Positions 39,116-53,042 of a stretch of DNA of 64,000 bases are shown here, piece by piece (the first letter of the stretch is position 1; each line of letters starts with the position of its first letter). The notes under the pieces are model-generated. The model did not search any database, was not told where the DNA came from, and saw only the letters and a list, made by a program, of their open reading frames with translations. The translations under genes were made by a program, and so were the position numbers. The DNA is from Eledone cirrhosa (lineage: Eukaryota): assembly GCA_964016885.1 (NCBI GenBank), contig OZ024740.1:222642001-222706000 (forward strand), written 5' to 3'.

Positions 39116-41229
39116 ATATATAAACTTAAGAAAATTAACAAAGAAAGGACAAGACAATAAACAGAAACAAAACAAAATGAGAAATAATTTTTTAAGAGAA
39201 AACCTTAAATAATTTTTTAAAATAAATATACAGACAAAGGACACAGAATTCCACCATGGTCATCGGCCACTGAGATGGACTTGGGAAGTTTCAACCCCTG
39301 CCAATGGTACAGATGGTCATTCTAGGGTCACAGTATCTGACATAAGCTAAACACTGTTCAAATGAGTAAGAGATGAAAAAAAAAACATCAATTTATAGCT
39401 GCTAAGCTACAAAACACATACAATTTTGCATAATGTTAGGGTAAATATCTGGTGTCTCTCATAATACAATGTATATATATATATGTCTGTGTATTTCTTG
39501 TGTTTCTAAATTAAAATGTAAACAAAACATATAAACAAAACATTTGTCAGTTTCTATGCCCACACTTTATTGCCCTCCATTTCCTAAAAAACAAAGCCAA
39601 TCATTTCTGAATGGTGTGTAGGTCAGATTTGTTGACAACACAAACAAGAAAAAGTTAGGAAGTTAGGAAAAAGAACAATTTCACATTGAATGGATGGGGA
39701 ATGTTTTTCTGTAATTTTACCATTCTGTTACCTTAGTAAGACATTTAGTGCTACAAGCGAAGCTGTTTGTATTATAAGGACTAAAGTATGAAACAGATAA
39801 AGGAAATTAATTTCTGTGGGTAATACAAAAAGGAGTCTATGCAGATATTTTGGTTTAATCAGCAAACAAACCAGCTACTATTACATTCTGACAAGATGTC
39901 TGGGAATTAGGAAAAACAGATTAAGAACCATGTGGTTGCCATTTGGAAAGGCATCCAGCTTTAGAAACCAAGCTAGTTCTGTATGAGCAAAGCACGGTCA
40001 CCTAACCCAACTTGCCTCAAACAGGACAGTGCGTCTAAACCATGCAAGCATGGAAAATGGACGTTAAATGATGATGATATGCAGTTTGTGTTACCTTCAA
40101 ATATATAAAGGTGTACATCTTATATGTTCCTTTAAAATATAGGCTTGCATTATGTAATAAGAACATTTTTATATTTTTTAAAGACACCCAAAACAGTCTA
40201 TATGGAAACGTGTTGCTTGTGAGTCACTTGCTGGGAAGCACTGCTTAAATCACCAAGGTTATAAGCAAGGAGAAATTTCAAGTGGCTTTTATTATAACCA
40301 GAAAACTAATTACTTGTATAGCATAATTTAGATGTATTTTAATTTTACATTGAAAAACAGCATTACCTTTTCTATACCTTAACATTTAATATTTGGAGGA
40401 AAAAAATTTAATAACACCACTCATTCTAAACACCAAATAATTCTTTTTGTATTTTATATATTTTTTAAATGCAAAAACATAAAAATCTGAAATCTAAATA
40501 GACTTTCAATAATTTTTTTTACATCAAATTACAATTTGGTGTTATATAGTCTATGGCAGTTAAAAGCTTGAAGAATTTAAAATCTAATTATCAGAAATAT
40601 AATTTCATAGTTAATCATTTTAATTGAATTATGATAAACAAGCATTTCCTGCAAGAATGTTCATAAAATATAGTAACATTTGTTATTGTACTTTAATGAG
40701 CACATCACCATTGGTTTGCTATTTCTAGGTATGTTCATAATTCCCAGAGTATTTCAACTAAGTCTTGTGATTAGAAAATATAGGTTTGTTTTATTAGGAA
40801 ATTACACAAGGGATATTAATAGTGGTGATTGTTAACATATATTACATATTTTTGATTTCCACTGAGAGGACTGTGATGCATATGAACATCAAATAAACAA
40901 AAGAAATCTCTTCTTCCACAATACAACAATAGTATACATTCAAGTGAGCTCTGCACATATATGTGTATATATATATATAGGTTTTGATAGTTGTCTATGC
41001 ATTTCGATTCTTCACATCTATAAACAACTTTGTGGCGATCACTGGTACTATAGTGAAGGTACATGCCATAGTGGTTAGGGTGTTGTGCTCATGGTTCACA
41101 AGTTTGATTCCTCAGCCAGGAGGTGTGTTATTCTCTTGAGCAAGAAACTTTAATTTCAGGTTGATCCAGTTCACTCAAGTGAAAAAAAATATGAATACCA
41201 CTATAACAATTAGATAAGTAAACATTATT

Positions 41230-41613
41230 AATTGTTTCTACGTTAGGCACAAGGCCAGCAATTACCCAGTGTATTACTGGTACTTTATTTTATCGACCCC
41301 GTAAGGATGAAAGGCAAAGTTAACCTCGGCGGGATTTGAACTTAGAATGGCAAGGGCCGTAACTCTATGCGTCAAAGCATGGCATCCGACAATCTACCAA
41401 TACTGCCAATCCACCGTAAACATTATTAATAAAATATTGGCAGTATCGGTAGAGGGTCGGGCATGCTGTCCAGCATAGTTTCGTCCCTTTACGATCTGAG
41501 TTCAAATCCCACCGAGGTTAACTTTGCCTTTCATCCTTACGGGGTCAATAAAATAAAGTACCAGTAATGTACTGGGCAATTGCTGGCCTTGTGCCAACAT
41601 TAGAAACAATTAT
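41230..41613. mobile_element. Head-to-head inverted pair of family A SINEs (41230-41416 minus, 41437-41613 plus)
   Basis: Two consensus copies in opposite orientation; TSDs gtaaacattattaat (41218/41416) and ttattaataaaata (41423/41610). Confidence 0.93.
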
Positions 41614-41907
41614 TAATAAAATACAGAGGAAGCTAGCTAAGCCTACCAACTGATATGATAGGAATTTAGTTTCAGTTTATATTAGTGATATGTGGTAAAT
41701 GTCATCCCTTGTCCTCAACATGCAGAGTTTTGTTGTATCATTACACCAGGGCTGGTTTGAATTGGTTTGGTATCAAAAGTTGTTTGGAATGAAACCAGTT
41801 GTGTAAACATCCATTATGTATCACTAGAGCAAATATCATTATTCTAAATTCTAAGTTCTTTCAAAGTTCTTATAATTGTAGAAAGTTCTAAATAGTCATC
41901 AAAATAG

Positions 41908-41942
41908 TGTTCTTACATATTGAGTAACAATATGTAAGAACA
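41908..41942. repeat. Perfect 15-bp hairpin
   Basis: tgttcttacatattg-agtaa-caatatgtaagaaca. Confidence 0.9.
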
Positions 41943-43179
41943 TCTTTCAATTTTCTATTGTGTAGTGTCAAAATTTATCTTGTGTATAATCCAAGAAATA
42001 AGTGAAAAAAAAATCAAGGGTAAAATGAATTTGGCTTATATTCGAGGCTAATATTTTGTCTATTTTCAACATGAAGTGACTCTGGTCTCTGAGCTATGAA
42101 CTCTATTGTGTGATATTACTCCAAACACCCTTTGGAGGAACCACATTTTGACATCTTGTATTCACCACCATATTCTTTCAGTTGTGACCATAGAAAAGGG
42201 TTGGCATGAATACCAAATTGAAGATAGTGATTTGGGCTTGTACACCTACCTCCCTTCTGATTACTGAATGCTGAAGTCGGTGCATTACTGCATCAGCTCC
42301 TGCAACTCCTCTATTTAATTCAGCCTCCCATTCAAATTAAATGCCTTGAAATGGTTCAATGGCACTGCTTTTACGACTTTGATTAAGCAGTAAAGAAAAA
42401 AAGAATTAATATTAAAGTATTACCAGTTCCTTTATGAATAGTGTAACTATATTTTTGGGAAAGTTTATAAAAATAGTAGGATGGGGATATTTTGGTATAG
42501 GAATATGCATATTGATAGGAAAATATATCTGAATTGCACTATAAATCTTCATCACCCTTCTCTTCTGACTAAAGACTAAAAGGAATCACAGCTAAGTTCT
42601 TGCTGGAACACCTATTTTAGTAGTAGCAGAAAAGTGTTTCTGACATATTTCTATATTAACTGAAACAGTAATTGGTCCATGTTAGAAATTTTGTCATGAC
42701 TCATATAAGGAAAGAAAAAACATGTAGCTGGTACCAGATACACAATTATTGGTGAACACATTTAACCACTTGCATTCTCTAAACAAACTCTAGTGCTGCT
42801 CAAATTTAAATTTAAACCTTGACTTAAAATCTCATTAATACATGATAGATAATATATTTCAGTAATTAAATTTTTGTCATATATTATTAATTTGAATATG
42901 CTTTATCACAAACATATAATATCAAGTTAGCAATTGCATTGTGTTATGTTGTTAAAGAAATAAATGTTTGACAAAAAAAACCCCAAAAAACTACAAATAT
43001 AAGTAGAAATAAATTAAATTCATAAATGTTAATCAAAAATAAATGTCTGTCATTTTTTATTGTTGTTGATTTATGATGTTAACATATTAAGTCTAGAGGT
43101 GATTAGGGAAGGAAAGTTCAAAGCATTAATTAATATATTTTCAAACTGATGCAAGAAAACCATTAATATAAAACTATGA

Positions 43180-43803
43180 TGGTGGTGGATTAGCAGTATT
43201 GGTAGAGTATCAGACAATATGCTTTGTGGCATATAATTACGTCCCTGATGTTCTGAGTTCAAATACCGCCAAGTTTAGCTTTGCCTTTCATCCTTGTGGA
43301 GTCAATAAAATAAAGTACCAGTAATGCACTGTGTTTGATTTAATTAACTTCTCCCCCTCCAAAGATTTGTTGGCCTTGTGCCTAAATCAGAAACCATTAT
43401 TAATTTGAATGTGAAGTGGTGGATTGGCAGAAACATTAGAGTTTTGGGCAAAATACTTTGCATTATTTGGTTATGGGCCTTTACATTCTGAGTTCAAATC
43501 CCTCTGAAGTCAACATTGCTTTTCATCCTTCTGGGATCAGAATAATATAGTATTTAACCAAACATTGTTGGCCTTATGCCTAAGTTAGAATCATTATTAA
43601 GTTGAAAGGGGCAGTGGATTGGTAGTATTGGTAGAGGATCGGACGCCATGCTTTGACGCATAGAGTTACGGCCCTTGCCATTCTGAGTTCAAATCTCGCC
43701 GAGGTTAACTTTGCCTTTCATCCTTATGGGGTCGATAAAATAAAGTACCAGTAATGTACTGGAATAATTGCTGGCCTTGTGCCAAAAGTAGAAACAATTA
43801 TTA
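43180..43803 (+). mobile_element. Three tandem family A SINEs of different ages
   Basis: Copies start near 43180, 43415 and 43608; ttattaatttgaatgt recurs at junctions. Confidence 0.85.
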
Positions 43804-44757
43804 ATTTGAATGTTAAGCTCTTCGCTAACCTTTCATAATTATTTATCAATTCAAACACAAAGACAGTGTATTCTTATTAGAAATATGACTATAAAAGGGT
43901 TAAAATTTAGAAAAGGGTAATATCTGCTTTTAGGAATGAAAAAAAAAATTATCATTACAGGTGCAACACCTATTTCTTGGAAACTGATAGTCTGGTAACA
44001 CGTAATCTATACATAATTATAAGTGAACACTTGGATTCCTTGAAACCCACCAAAATAGTTTAATATGTGGCTAAGACTCTTTGTGGTAGTTATAATCAGC
44101 TAAATATCAAGATATCAGTTGCTATTGTAGCTCTCATGAGTTATTGAAATATCTTATTTTACTTAATTCTTAATTATACCATTCAAGCAATGTGCAACTT
44201 TTCAAGTAATTGTGCCTTTAGTTTAGATGCAGATATATTGCTTCTGTCATAGGGTATAAACAAAGATGTGTTGTTAAGGTTTTGTAGTGAAAAGATTATT
44301 CATTCTTTCAATTCTATATTCCTAACAAAAAATACTGACTGTAATTTGGAAATCATTTTGAAAATTATCAAGAATTTTGAGGTAATTAGTAAAATAATCA
44401 GCTTTCTCAATAACAAGCTGATACTTGGCACATAACTTAACAGAGTTTCTTACAAAGATTTATGATGGAAAGTTTTTAGATAAATACAATAAAATACAAA
44501 AAACCTTGTATAGTAGATAAACTACAAAAAACCTTGTATCCTAGATCCAAGATGGTGAATTGGCTCATTTGTTAGAATATTAGATAAAATGCTTTGAAGT
44601 ATATGTTGGGCTCTCTGCACTCTCACTTTTCAAATCCTGCCATGGTCAACTTTGTTTTTCTTTTTTCAAGGTCGATAAGGCAAGTACTAGTCCGGTCAAT
44701 TCTTTCTCTATAGCTCTTTCTCATTTCTTTTCTTCCACACTCTCCCCTACTTTAGAG

Positions 44758-44958
44758 AAGGCATCCCAAACAGGCGGCCCTTTTCTAGCACACCTGCAGC
44801 CCGCACACAGATTTTTACAGCACGAGCATGTTTTATCTTTGTGATATAAAATGAAAACAAATAGTTGTAATGTGTGCAATTAGTTGTCGTGTGTGACCCT
44901 CAGACAACACAGATGTGACACATGTGGCCCTCGGGTGACCCTCAGTTTGACATGCCTG
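44758..44958. mobile_element. hAT (Charlie-like) MITE inserted in an old SINE
   Basis: TIRs aaggcatcccaaac / gtttgacatgcctg, internal gcggccc motifs, 8-bp flanks ctttagag / gtctagac (TCTAGA-type target); a similar uninterrupted host element lies at about 52620-52940. Confidence 0.75.
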
Positions 44959-45977
44959 GTCTAGACAATATTGGCTGTATTCAGACTTGGAGAGAGGACG
45001 GTCTCTGCTAGATTTAAAAAGGCTAAGACACAACATATGTTATGACAGGGCCCATACAAATCCATCACAAGTTATTAGTCCTTGAAACTAAGGGCATTTT
45101 CAGAATGTATGTCTTTAAATCGGTTAAAAAATGAAATACATTAGGTAAATATGTGCTGAATATCAATGTCTAAAAAGTATTATCAGTGGAAATATTAAAT
45201 TGAATTCTAAGTTCATTCCAAGTTTAGATAGTTTTAATAATCATATTACTCTTAAATAACTTTCATATGTACTTTTAATTTTCTCTCTTAAAGTGGCAAT
45301 ATTAATCAAATGTAAATATGATTACATTTCAAAGACTGGTTCGTAGAATTAGATATTTTGTTGCAAATCCTAAACTTTTATCAATGCATCTGACTAATAA
45401 TACATTTTTTGTAGAAAATATGTGGAATGTTTTAACTTCTAGTTCAAGTAATATTTTTTCATCTCTTAATTCTCTAGATGCTTATTCTTTTTGTATTCCT
45501 CTATATCTGCTTGTTGTTGTTGTTGCTGTTGTTATAATCTTCCTCCTCATCTTCTTCTCATACTCCTTCATCTCTTCCATATTCCTTTTCTCCTGGCTCT
45601 TGTATACTTCTTTATTTCTTTATATTATCATCATTATTATTACTGTCCTCCTCTCTGAATTATTGCTGTAGTTCTAGTTTTAATGCTTCACATCCAACTG
45701 GTTGTTCCTGTAAATCTTGTAGCTCTTCTCTCCCCCCTCCTTCTCTTCGTTCTTCTTCTCATTAATTTCCCTGCTATATACTTATGAATTATGCATCATA
45801 TATATCAGATATTATATCTCACAGAATTTTCATCAATTAAAATACGGTGCTGCTCCTTAATTTTGTGTGATTAAAACTTTATAAACAAATAAATAAAACT
45901 ACAAGTAATTAGAGTATAGAATAACGAAATATCAAAAATAGTCTTAAAATTTCTGAAAGAGAAGAACATTGAAAATT

Positions 45978-46206
45978 CAGGAAAAGAAAAGATGAACAAA
46001 CCTATAAGTAGAAAAAAACTTAAATTATAATATATTAAAATATAAGATGTATATAAGGTATATATAATTTTCTAATCCAATATATTTTTCAGGGAAAGAA
46101 GAGATGAACAAGGATATAATAAATAGAAAAAAAAATTAAACTATAGAATACTAAAATATGAAATGTATATAAGGTTTATATAATTTTGTAATCCAATATA
46201 TTTTTC
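45978..46206. repeat. Diverged tandem duplication, units about 115 bp
   Basis: cagg.aaagaa.agatgaacaa ... atgtatataaggt.tatataatttt.taatccaatatatttttc occurs twice. Confidence 0.85.
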
Positions 46207-46490
46207 AATGGTAAATTATAACACCACAGAAATCTAATTGAATTATTTAGAAGATGTGAGATAGTGAGATTTGCATATTGTATAAAAGAAGTAGACATCA
46301 ATATTCATAACTTATCGTACTGTTTTTGTCTTACATGTATTTCAAGCAAAGATTTATGTAACTCTTGTCTTGATTTGATACTATATGATTGTGCACGGAA
46401 GGTAAATTAATATTTTATTATATGATCACATACGCACACGCGCACACACACACACACACGCACACGCACACACACACACACACACATATG

Positions 46491-46803
46491 GTATAAGAAT
46501 AAAAGAACAAAGAATCAGTGTTGCATCATAACATATTCAATAACACATTACATATGTTTCACTGTTGATCAACTTGAAGAACGATCTATTATTGATCGAA
46601 CCTGACTCTGGAATTGAAAGATCCTCAGATATGCCTCAGTATGTAAGCTTACATACTGACGCATATCTGAGGATCTTTCGATTCCAGAGTCAGGTTCGAT
46701 CAATGATAGATCGTTCCTCGAGCTGATGGACAGTGAAACATATGTAATGTGTTATTAAATATGTTATGATGCAACACTGATTTTTGATCCTTTATTCTTA
46801 TAC
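46491..46803. repeat. Spacer-less palindrome of about 313 bp centred on AAGCTT (46645-46650)
   Basis: Arms of 157 and 156 bp are reverse complements with about 12 differences by manual comparison. Confidence 0.97.
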
Positions 46804-46874
46804 TATTATACTCTGCTCTTCACGAGCATCGAGTGCCCACCCTGCATACCGCCTACAGATGCAATTATCTTGCA

Positions 46875-46924
<50 letters not shown>

Positions 46925-46927
<3 letters not shown>

Positions 46928-48234
46928 GGTGTGGACGATATTTGTTCGCAATTCTCAACTGCTAATTTTATGCAAATTTTTTTTAGTTCCGTTGTCACTC
47001 TTGTCTTCATAAAAACAGTGACTATATTTCCACTATTTTCAGAATAATTGATTATGAATAATTTTGAACCGCCAAATTTGTGGAAGAGACACGGAGTTCT
47101 TCTTGGAATCCGCGCCGGGAGGACAAATACGGAAATTTCAGACTTTATCAGCATCAGCAGGAGAATGGTGGAAAAGGTCAGAAAGGAATTGGAAGATTCA
47201 GGATTCGACTACGAAGCAACATCAGAGAAGAAAACACATGATCGACGATCTGACGCCTTTAGAACGCATGAGTTCCCGAGTTAATCGCTGAAGTTCAGGA
47301 TATCATAAACAATGAACCTAGCAAGTCGATGCGTGCCATTGCAAAGGAGAAAGGCGTGGATCAAAAGCTCATTAGGCTGGTGATACATGAAGACATTCGC
47401 TACGTTTCATACAAGATGAGGAAAGGACAATTTCTGTCAAAGGCGATCCAAGAAAAGCGACAGAAGCATGCAAAGAAGCTGATCAACAAGTTGAAACACC
47501 CACTGGAGCCTGGCATGCTGTGGCTCTTCTCCGACGAGAAAAACTTCTGCCAAGACCAGAAGATCAACTCCCAGAACAACAGGTGGCTCGCTGTCTCATC
47601 CAAAGATGTGCCCAGAGTCATGCAGACAACGTTTCCAGCGACAACATTGGTTTTAGGTGTCGTCAGCAGTCAAAGTGACGTCATGCCACCTCACTTCTTC
47701 TCTGAGTGCCTCAAGCTGAACACCAATGGCTACATCCGCGTTCTGAGCGAGGTAGTAAAGCCCTGGATCGACCAGGTAGCTGCAGGTAGGCCGTACATAT
47801 GGCAGCAAGACTCAGCGCCCTGCCATACCAGCCGAAAGACCCAAGCCTGGCTGAAAGAGAACTTCGTCGACCACACTTCACCTGACATCTGGCCTCACAG
47901 CTCGCATGACTGCAACCCCCTTGACTTCTTTGTGTGGGGTGTAGTGGAACGTGACACCAACAGATCTAGCTGCAATACGAAAGATGATCTGAAGGCCAGG
48001 AACACAAGTGCCTTTAGGGGCTTAAGTCGGCGGACAGTAACAAAGGCCTGTAGCCGATTCCAAGGCCGTCTTGAGCTCGTCACCAAAGCCAATGGCGGGT
48101 TTATCGAGTGAGATCGAAACAACAAAACATGAAGACAAACTGACCCAAGTTTGATCAATATATCTTAAAAGATGAAACTACTTGTCATTTTTTCCTAGAC
48201 AGTAATCTTACGAACAAATATCGTCCGCACCATG
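46925..48234 (+). mobile_element. Tc1/mariner superfamily DNA transposon, DD37D (maT) family, full length
   Basis: TIRs cagggtgtggacgatatttgttcg / cgaacaaatatcgtccgcaccatg; inserted in (TA)n; 1310 bp. Confidence 0.95.
47054..48111 (+). pseudogene. DD37D transposase with one frameshift
   Basis: FSDEKNF, QQDSAPCH, DCNPLDFFVW with 37 residues between the second and third Asp; removing ccgagtta (47276-47283) fuses the two ORFs into 349 aa. Confidence 0.93.
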
Positions 48235-48402
48235 TGTGTATATATATATAGTCAAAGTGGACTCGATAAGGGTTATATATATATATATAAACCAATATTT
48301 AATATTAAAAGTTTAAGCAGCAATGAATATTCATTTCTACATCGTGAAAAACAGAAATATTTTGCTTAAATTAGTAGTCTGTACGACTAATATATATATA
48401 TA

Positions 48403-49073
<671 letters not shown>

Positions 49074-51037
49074 TTCTAACTAATTAGTTTCTGGAATGGA
49101 ATAAATATATTTTCCGAAGAAAACACAGAGAATCATTCCGTCGTCTGGGAAGACTATTCTTATCTAAGTATCTAGGCAAAGCGTGGACTCTGGAAACTTA
49201 TTAAAAAATAATTCAGTGGATAGGAAATACCAAAGCGTGGGCTGAATTCCTAGCCATTGAGAAAATCGCTGCCTCTGCGTCGGTGGCTAATTCAAAAATA
49301 ATCAATCACATGACATCGAGGTCAATCAGTGGAAAGTGGTTTGCTAATACGACAGCGGCCTGCCTGCTACCATATCAGCAGTCATGGCCAATATTGCTCG
49401 ACAAATAATTTGGAGATAATTATAAAGAATTAATATCTAGTAACATATATATACATACAGATGCATATCAATGCTAGCAAATATATAGGTTTTGTTTTAG
49501 TAACTTTGTGGTTCAATGCATGGGGTTGCAGAACAATAATATGAGAGACGTAAAATAAGAAAATTATAAAATTAACTTGCCTTTCATTCTTACAGGGTCA
49601 ATAAATAAAGCACCAGTAATGCACAGGGGTCGATTTAATCGACTTTCCCCTCCATTTCAAATTGCTGGCTTTGTGCCTAATGTAGAAGCAATTATTATTA
49701 TTATTAGATATATACATTTTCAAGTTTTATATGTTTACAAAAACTTTGGGATTACTTTATGAATTAGATATTTTGTGTGTGTTATATGACATGGAACTAT
49801 TCCAAACAGGGTTAATGGAATGAGCTTCTAATTTTTTTTCCAATTTTGGAGGGAAAAACATTTTGAAACACTTTTTGTTTAACTTGATTCACTTACTTAT
49901 AATTCAACATGGCAGACAAGAAGACAGGTGGGTAATGTAGGTAGATGTATATATGAGATATATTTTACCTTGAAATATGTATTTTATAAACAAAGAAGTA
50001 TTTATTATATAGACATATATATCTAAATATACATGAGAGTGAATATATTTATAAAAAATTATATCTATAAAAATTATTACATAAAAAGTATAGACTTATA
50101 AGAACACCATTTTTCAATATAGTCTCTTTATTGTAAAATGTACTTAGTTAAGAATTTTCCATATTTTTTTCCTTAGGAACGAAAATAAAATTGCCTGAAA
50201 CACTAGCTATGTATACATGATTTTTGTTTTTACATTTCAGCTAATCTAGCAAATGTTTAAAAAGTTTATTTTCATTCTGTGGTTGATTTCAGTAGGAAAT
50301 ATATAGAAGAATATTCCAGTTCATCAATATTATTCACCAGAAACACACCAATGAATGTGTATATTTATGTAAATAATTCTGACCTTTGTAATTCATTTCC
50401 AGACACTCCATAAAATCAGAATATAGCCATAGAAAACCAGCCAGAAACACTCCTATTTGAGCAAGACATGGTCACCCGACACAACTTGCTCAAAATAGAA
50501 CCCCTCTAACCCATGCTAGCGTGGAAGATGGACGTTAATGGCTGGTGATGATCATTTCTAATGAAAGACACTGCCTATAATTTTCAAATAATTTTGAAAA
50601 TAATCAAGAATTGAGAGGAATTTAGAAATATAACTTTCTCATTATTAATTTGGTATTTGGAACATAACATAATAATGGTTCTTACAAATTATAAAGGACA
50701 TTTTTTGAGAAATATAAACATATTAAAACAAACATTTTTGAATTATGAAAACAGGTGGTTTTGATTGATATCAAAAGTTTTAATGTATTTCAGTTTTACT
50801 GTTAAGGATTTCACATATCCTTTAATAACAAGGACCATCTCCTGACAGGATTTCAGTATTGGTACAATTTGAACCTACACAGAATATGTTCTTATTTGTT
50901 GCATAAACTGGCTGGTGCAGTGATACACCTCAAATTATAAATGTTGAGTACACAATCCAATTGGGTGCAAGAAATAGCAGTCAATTCTCTCTCAAATAAC
51001 ATCTCACAATTTAAGAAAAAAAGGCAGATATATTGTA

Positions 51038-51379
51038 TAGTGGAACCTCAGCACATGAATGCCTCTCATCACATACAAATCGGTTCAAGAACAATTTTTG
51101 CAAACATAAAACATTTCGGTTTATGAATGGTGTCTTGAGTAACAAACATGCAAGCCAGCAACAATGGTTGGCAACAAGCTGAGAGAATCGATGAGAAAAC
51201 GTCATTTGCTGTGTAGTTAGTTTCTATGGTGATAATTATCTGGCTTTCGCACATTGTCTTTCTCTCACTGTATTCCTCTCTCAACATTTCGTATGGGTAA
51301 AATAGTTTCTATTTATGAACATTTTGAGTAATGAATGGCCTTCAGGAACAAATTAAATTTCTGAACTGAGGTTCCACTG
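51038..51379. mobile_element. pogo/Tigger-like MITE
   Basis: TIRs ta|tagtggaacctcag ... ctgaggttccactg|ca (CAGT-type ends, degenerate TA TSD). Confidence 0.75.
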
Positions 51380-51559
51380 CATGCTTAAAAATATGGTACG
51401 ATCTAGATTACAAATTCTTTTGATCATAAGTCTACTTGATTAAAACTCTCCTGTAGCTAAAGAACAATGACTGTTAGTCTATGTCACATGTCATCACACT
51501 TTCAAAAGGGATGTGTACACATTTGTACCAAAATATAAACTAAAACAATGATCATTTGC

Positions 51560-51945
51560 TTTAGGTATATAAAATGGCAGACAAAATGAAAGTGAATTAA
51601 AGTGAAAAATCTGACAAAATAAAATGAAATAAATTTAACATGCAAATCTTATTACAGCTTGAGGCAAAATCCAATTTTTCTTCAATTTATGTGTCTGCCT
51701 CATCTTGTTGAGTTAATTTATTAGTGGGCAGCAAACTTTCATTTTGATGGAGCAGGTTGGTATGAAATAATTCCACTGGTAAATCAATCAGAAGAAATTT
51801 TCCATGTGTATATCTTTCACTTTATGGATTAAATAAATAAAATCCAATGGTGACAATTTACAATGGAAAAGCAGGTATCTTTCATTTTCAAATCCATTCA
51901 ATTTTATTCACTTTCATTTTATTGTCTACCATTTTATATATCTCA
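51560..51945. repeat. Old inverted-repeat element (MITE-like)
   Basis: tatataaaatggcagacaaaatgaaagtgaat pairs with attcactttcattttattgtctaccattttatata. Confidence 0.65.
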
Positions 51946-53042
51946 AGTGAAACATTCCCACCTAAAAATATATACTGAGAATGGTTGGGCAGTAGATTGT
52001 TAGTCATTAGAATTTCAAGCAAAATATCTAACAGTTCCTAGTTTCAGTCTTTTACATTCTGAGTTCAAATCTCATCGAGGTAAATTTTGCTTGGGAAAAG
52101 TTGATTATGTATTAACTATTTCTTTCCTCCTTTTTAAAACATCATGTTACTGTATTTATGTTTTGAAGCTCGTGAGAAAGCTCCAAAGAAATTGAATTAT
52201 TGCCAAATTTCAATAAATGTACATTTATGGGGGATGATGTTGGATTATTTTGCAAACGGGAGAGTTCAAATCACCTAGATGTTTATTACTTTAGCAAGGA
52301 TAGACAAAAAACTATGTGAATATTTTTAGATATATGTCCTTTCCAAATTATATACACATCTATTGTCATACTTTTAAGTTTTCTTAAAGTAGAAATATAA
52401 ATATAAAATAGAAATATATTCCTCTCATATCTATTTATGCTTTTACTGTTGCATTTATGAGATTTGAGGAGTAAAGACTGGTACTTTTCTTATTTAGATT
52501 GTTATTGTTTCTATCAAGTGCTTAAATATCTGTTTCTAGTAATGTCAAGTTTTGCACACTATATTTTTTATACATTTTAAATATATTTGAGTCAAAATAT
52601 ACACTCTTATAAGTTGTCAAGTTGGCAGAGTTTTTAGAACATCAGATAAAATGTGTCATGGTAAACATTCTAACTATATGCTGTCTGAGATCAATTCCCA
52701 TTGAGGTCAACTTTGCTTTTCATCATTTCGGTATTGATAAATAAAGTACTAGTCTAGTACTTGGATTGATTCTTCATCTATATTTCTCTCTGACTTCCCA
52801 CTGTCTCTCACTCTCTCTGAAAGAAATTTGCTGTTCAGACTTGGAGAGGGATGGGCTCTGCCAAAATTAGATCCCTGCATGTTACTATAGCCACCACCAA
52901 CCCTCCTAAGACTCAACCATGAGTTAAGAGCTCATGGAATGGCATGTATTTTCATATATTTGGCCTCTTTTTGTGTTATTTATCAATTTGTTTTCATAGT
53001 AGTGGGGATAGAATCAGTTATAATTATTATCAGTGGATTATT

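Noticed and set aside
39600-39910. Possible hAT transposase N-terminal remnant (FHIEW-like words)
   Set aside because: Too degenerate to support without a profile search
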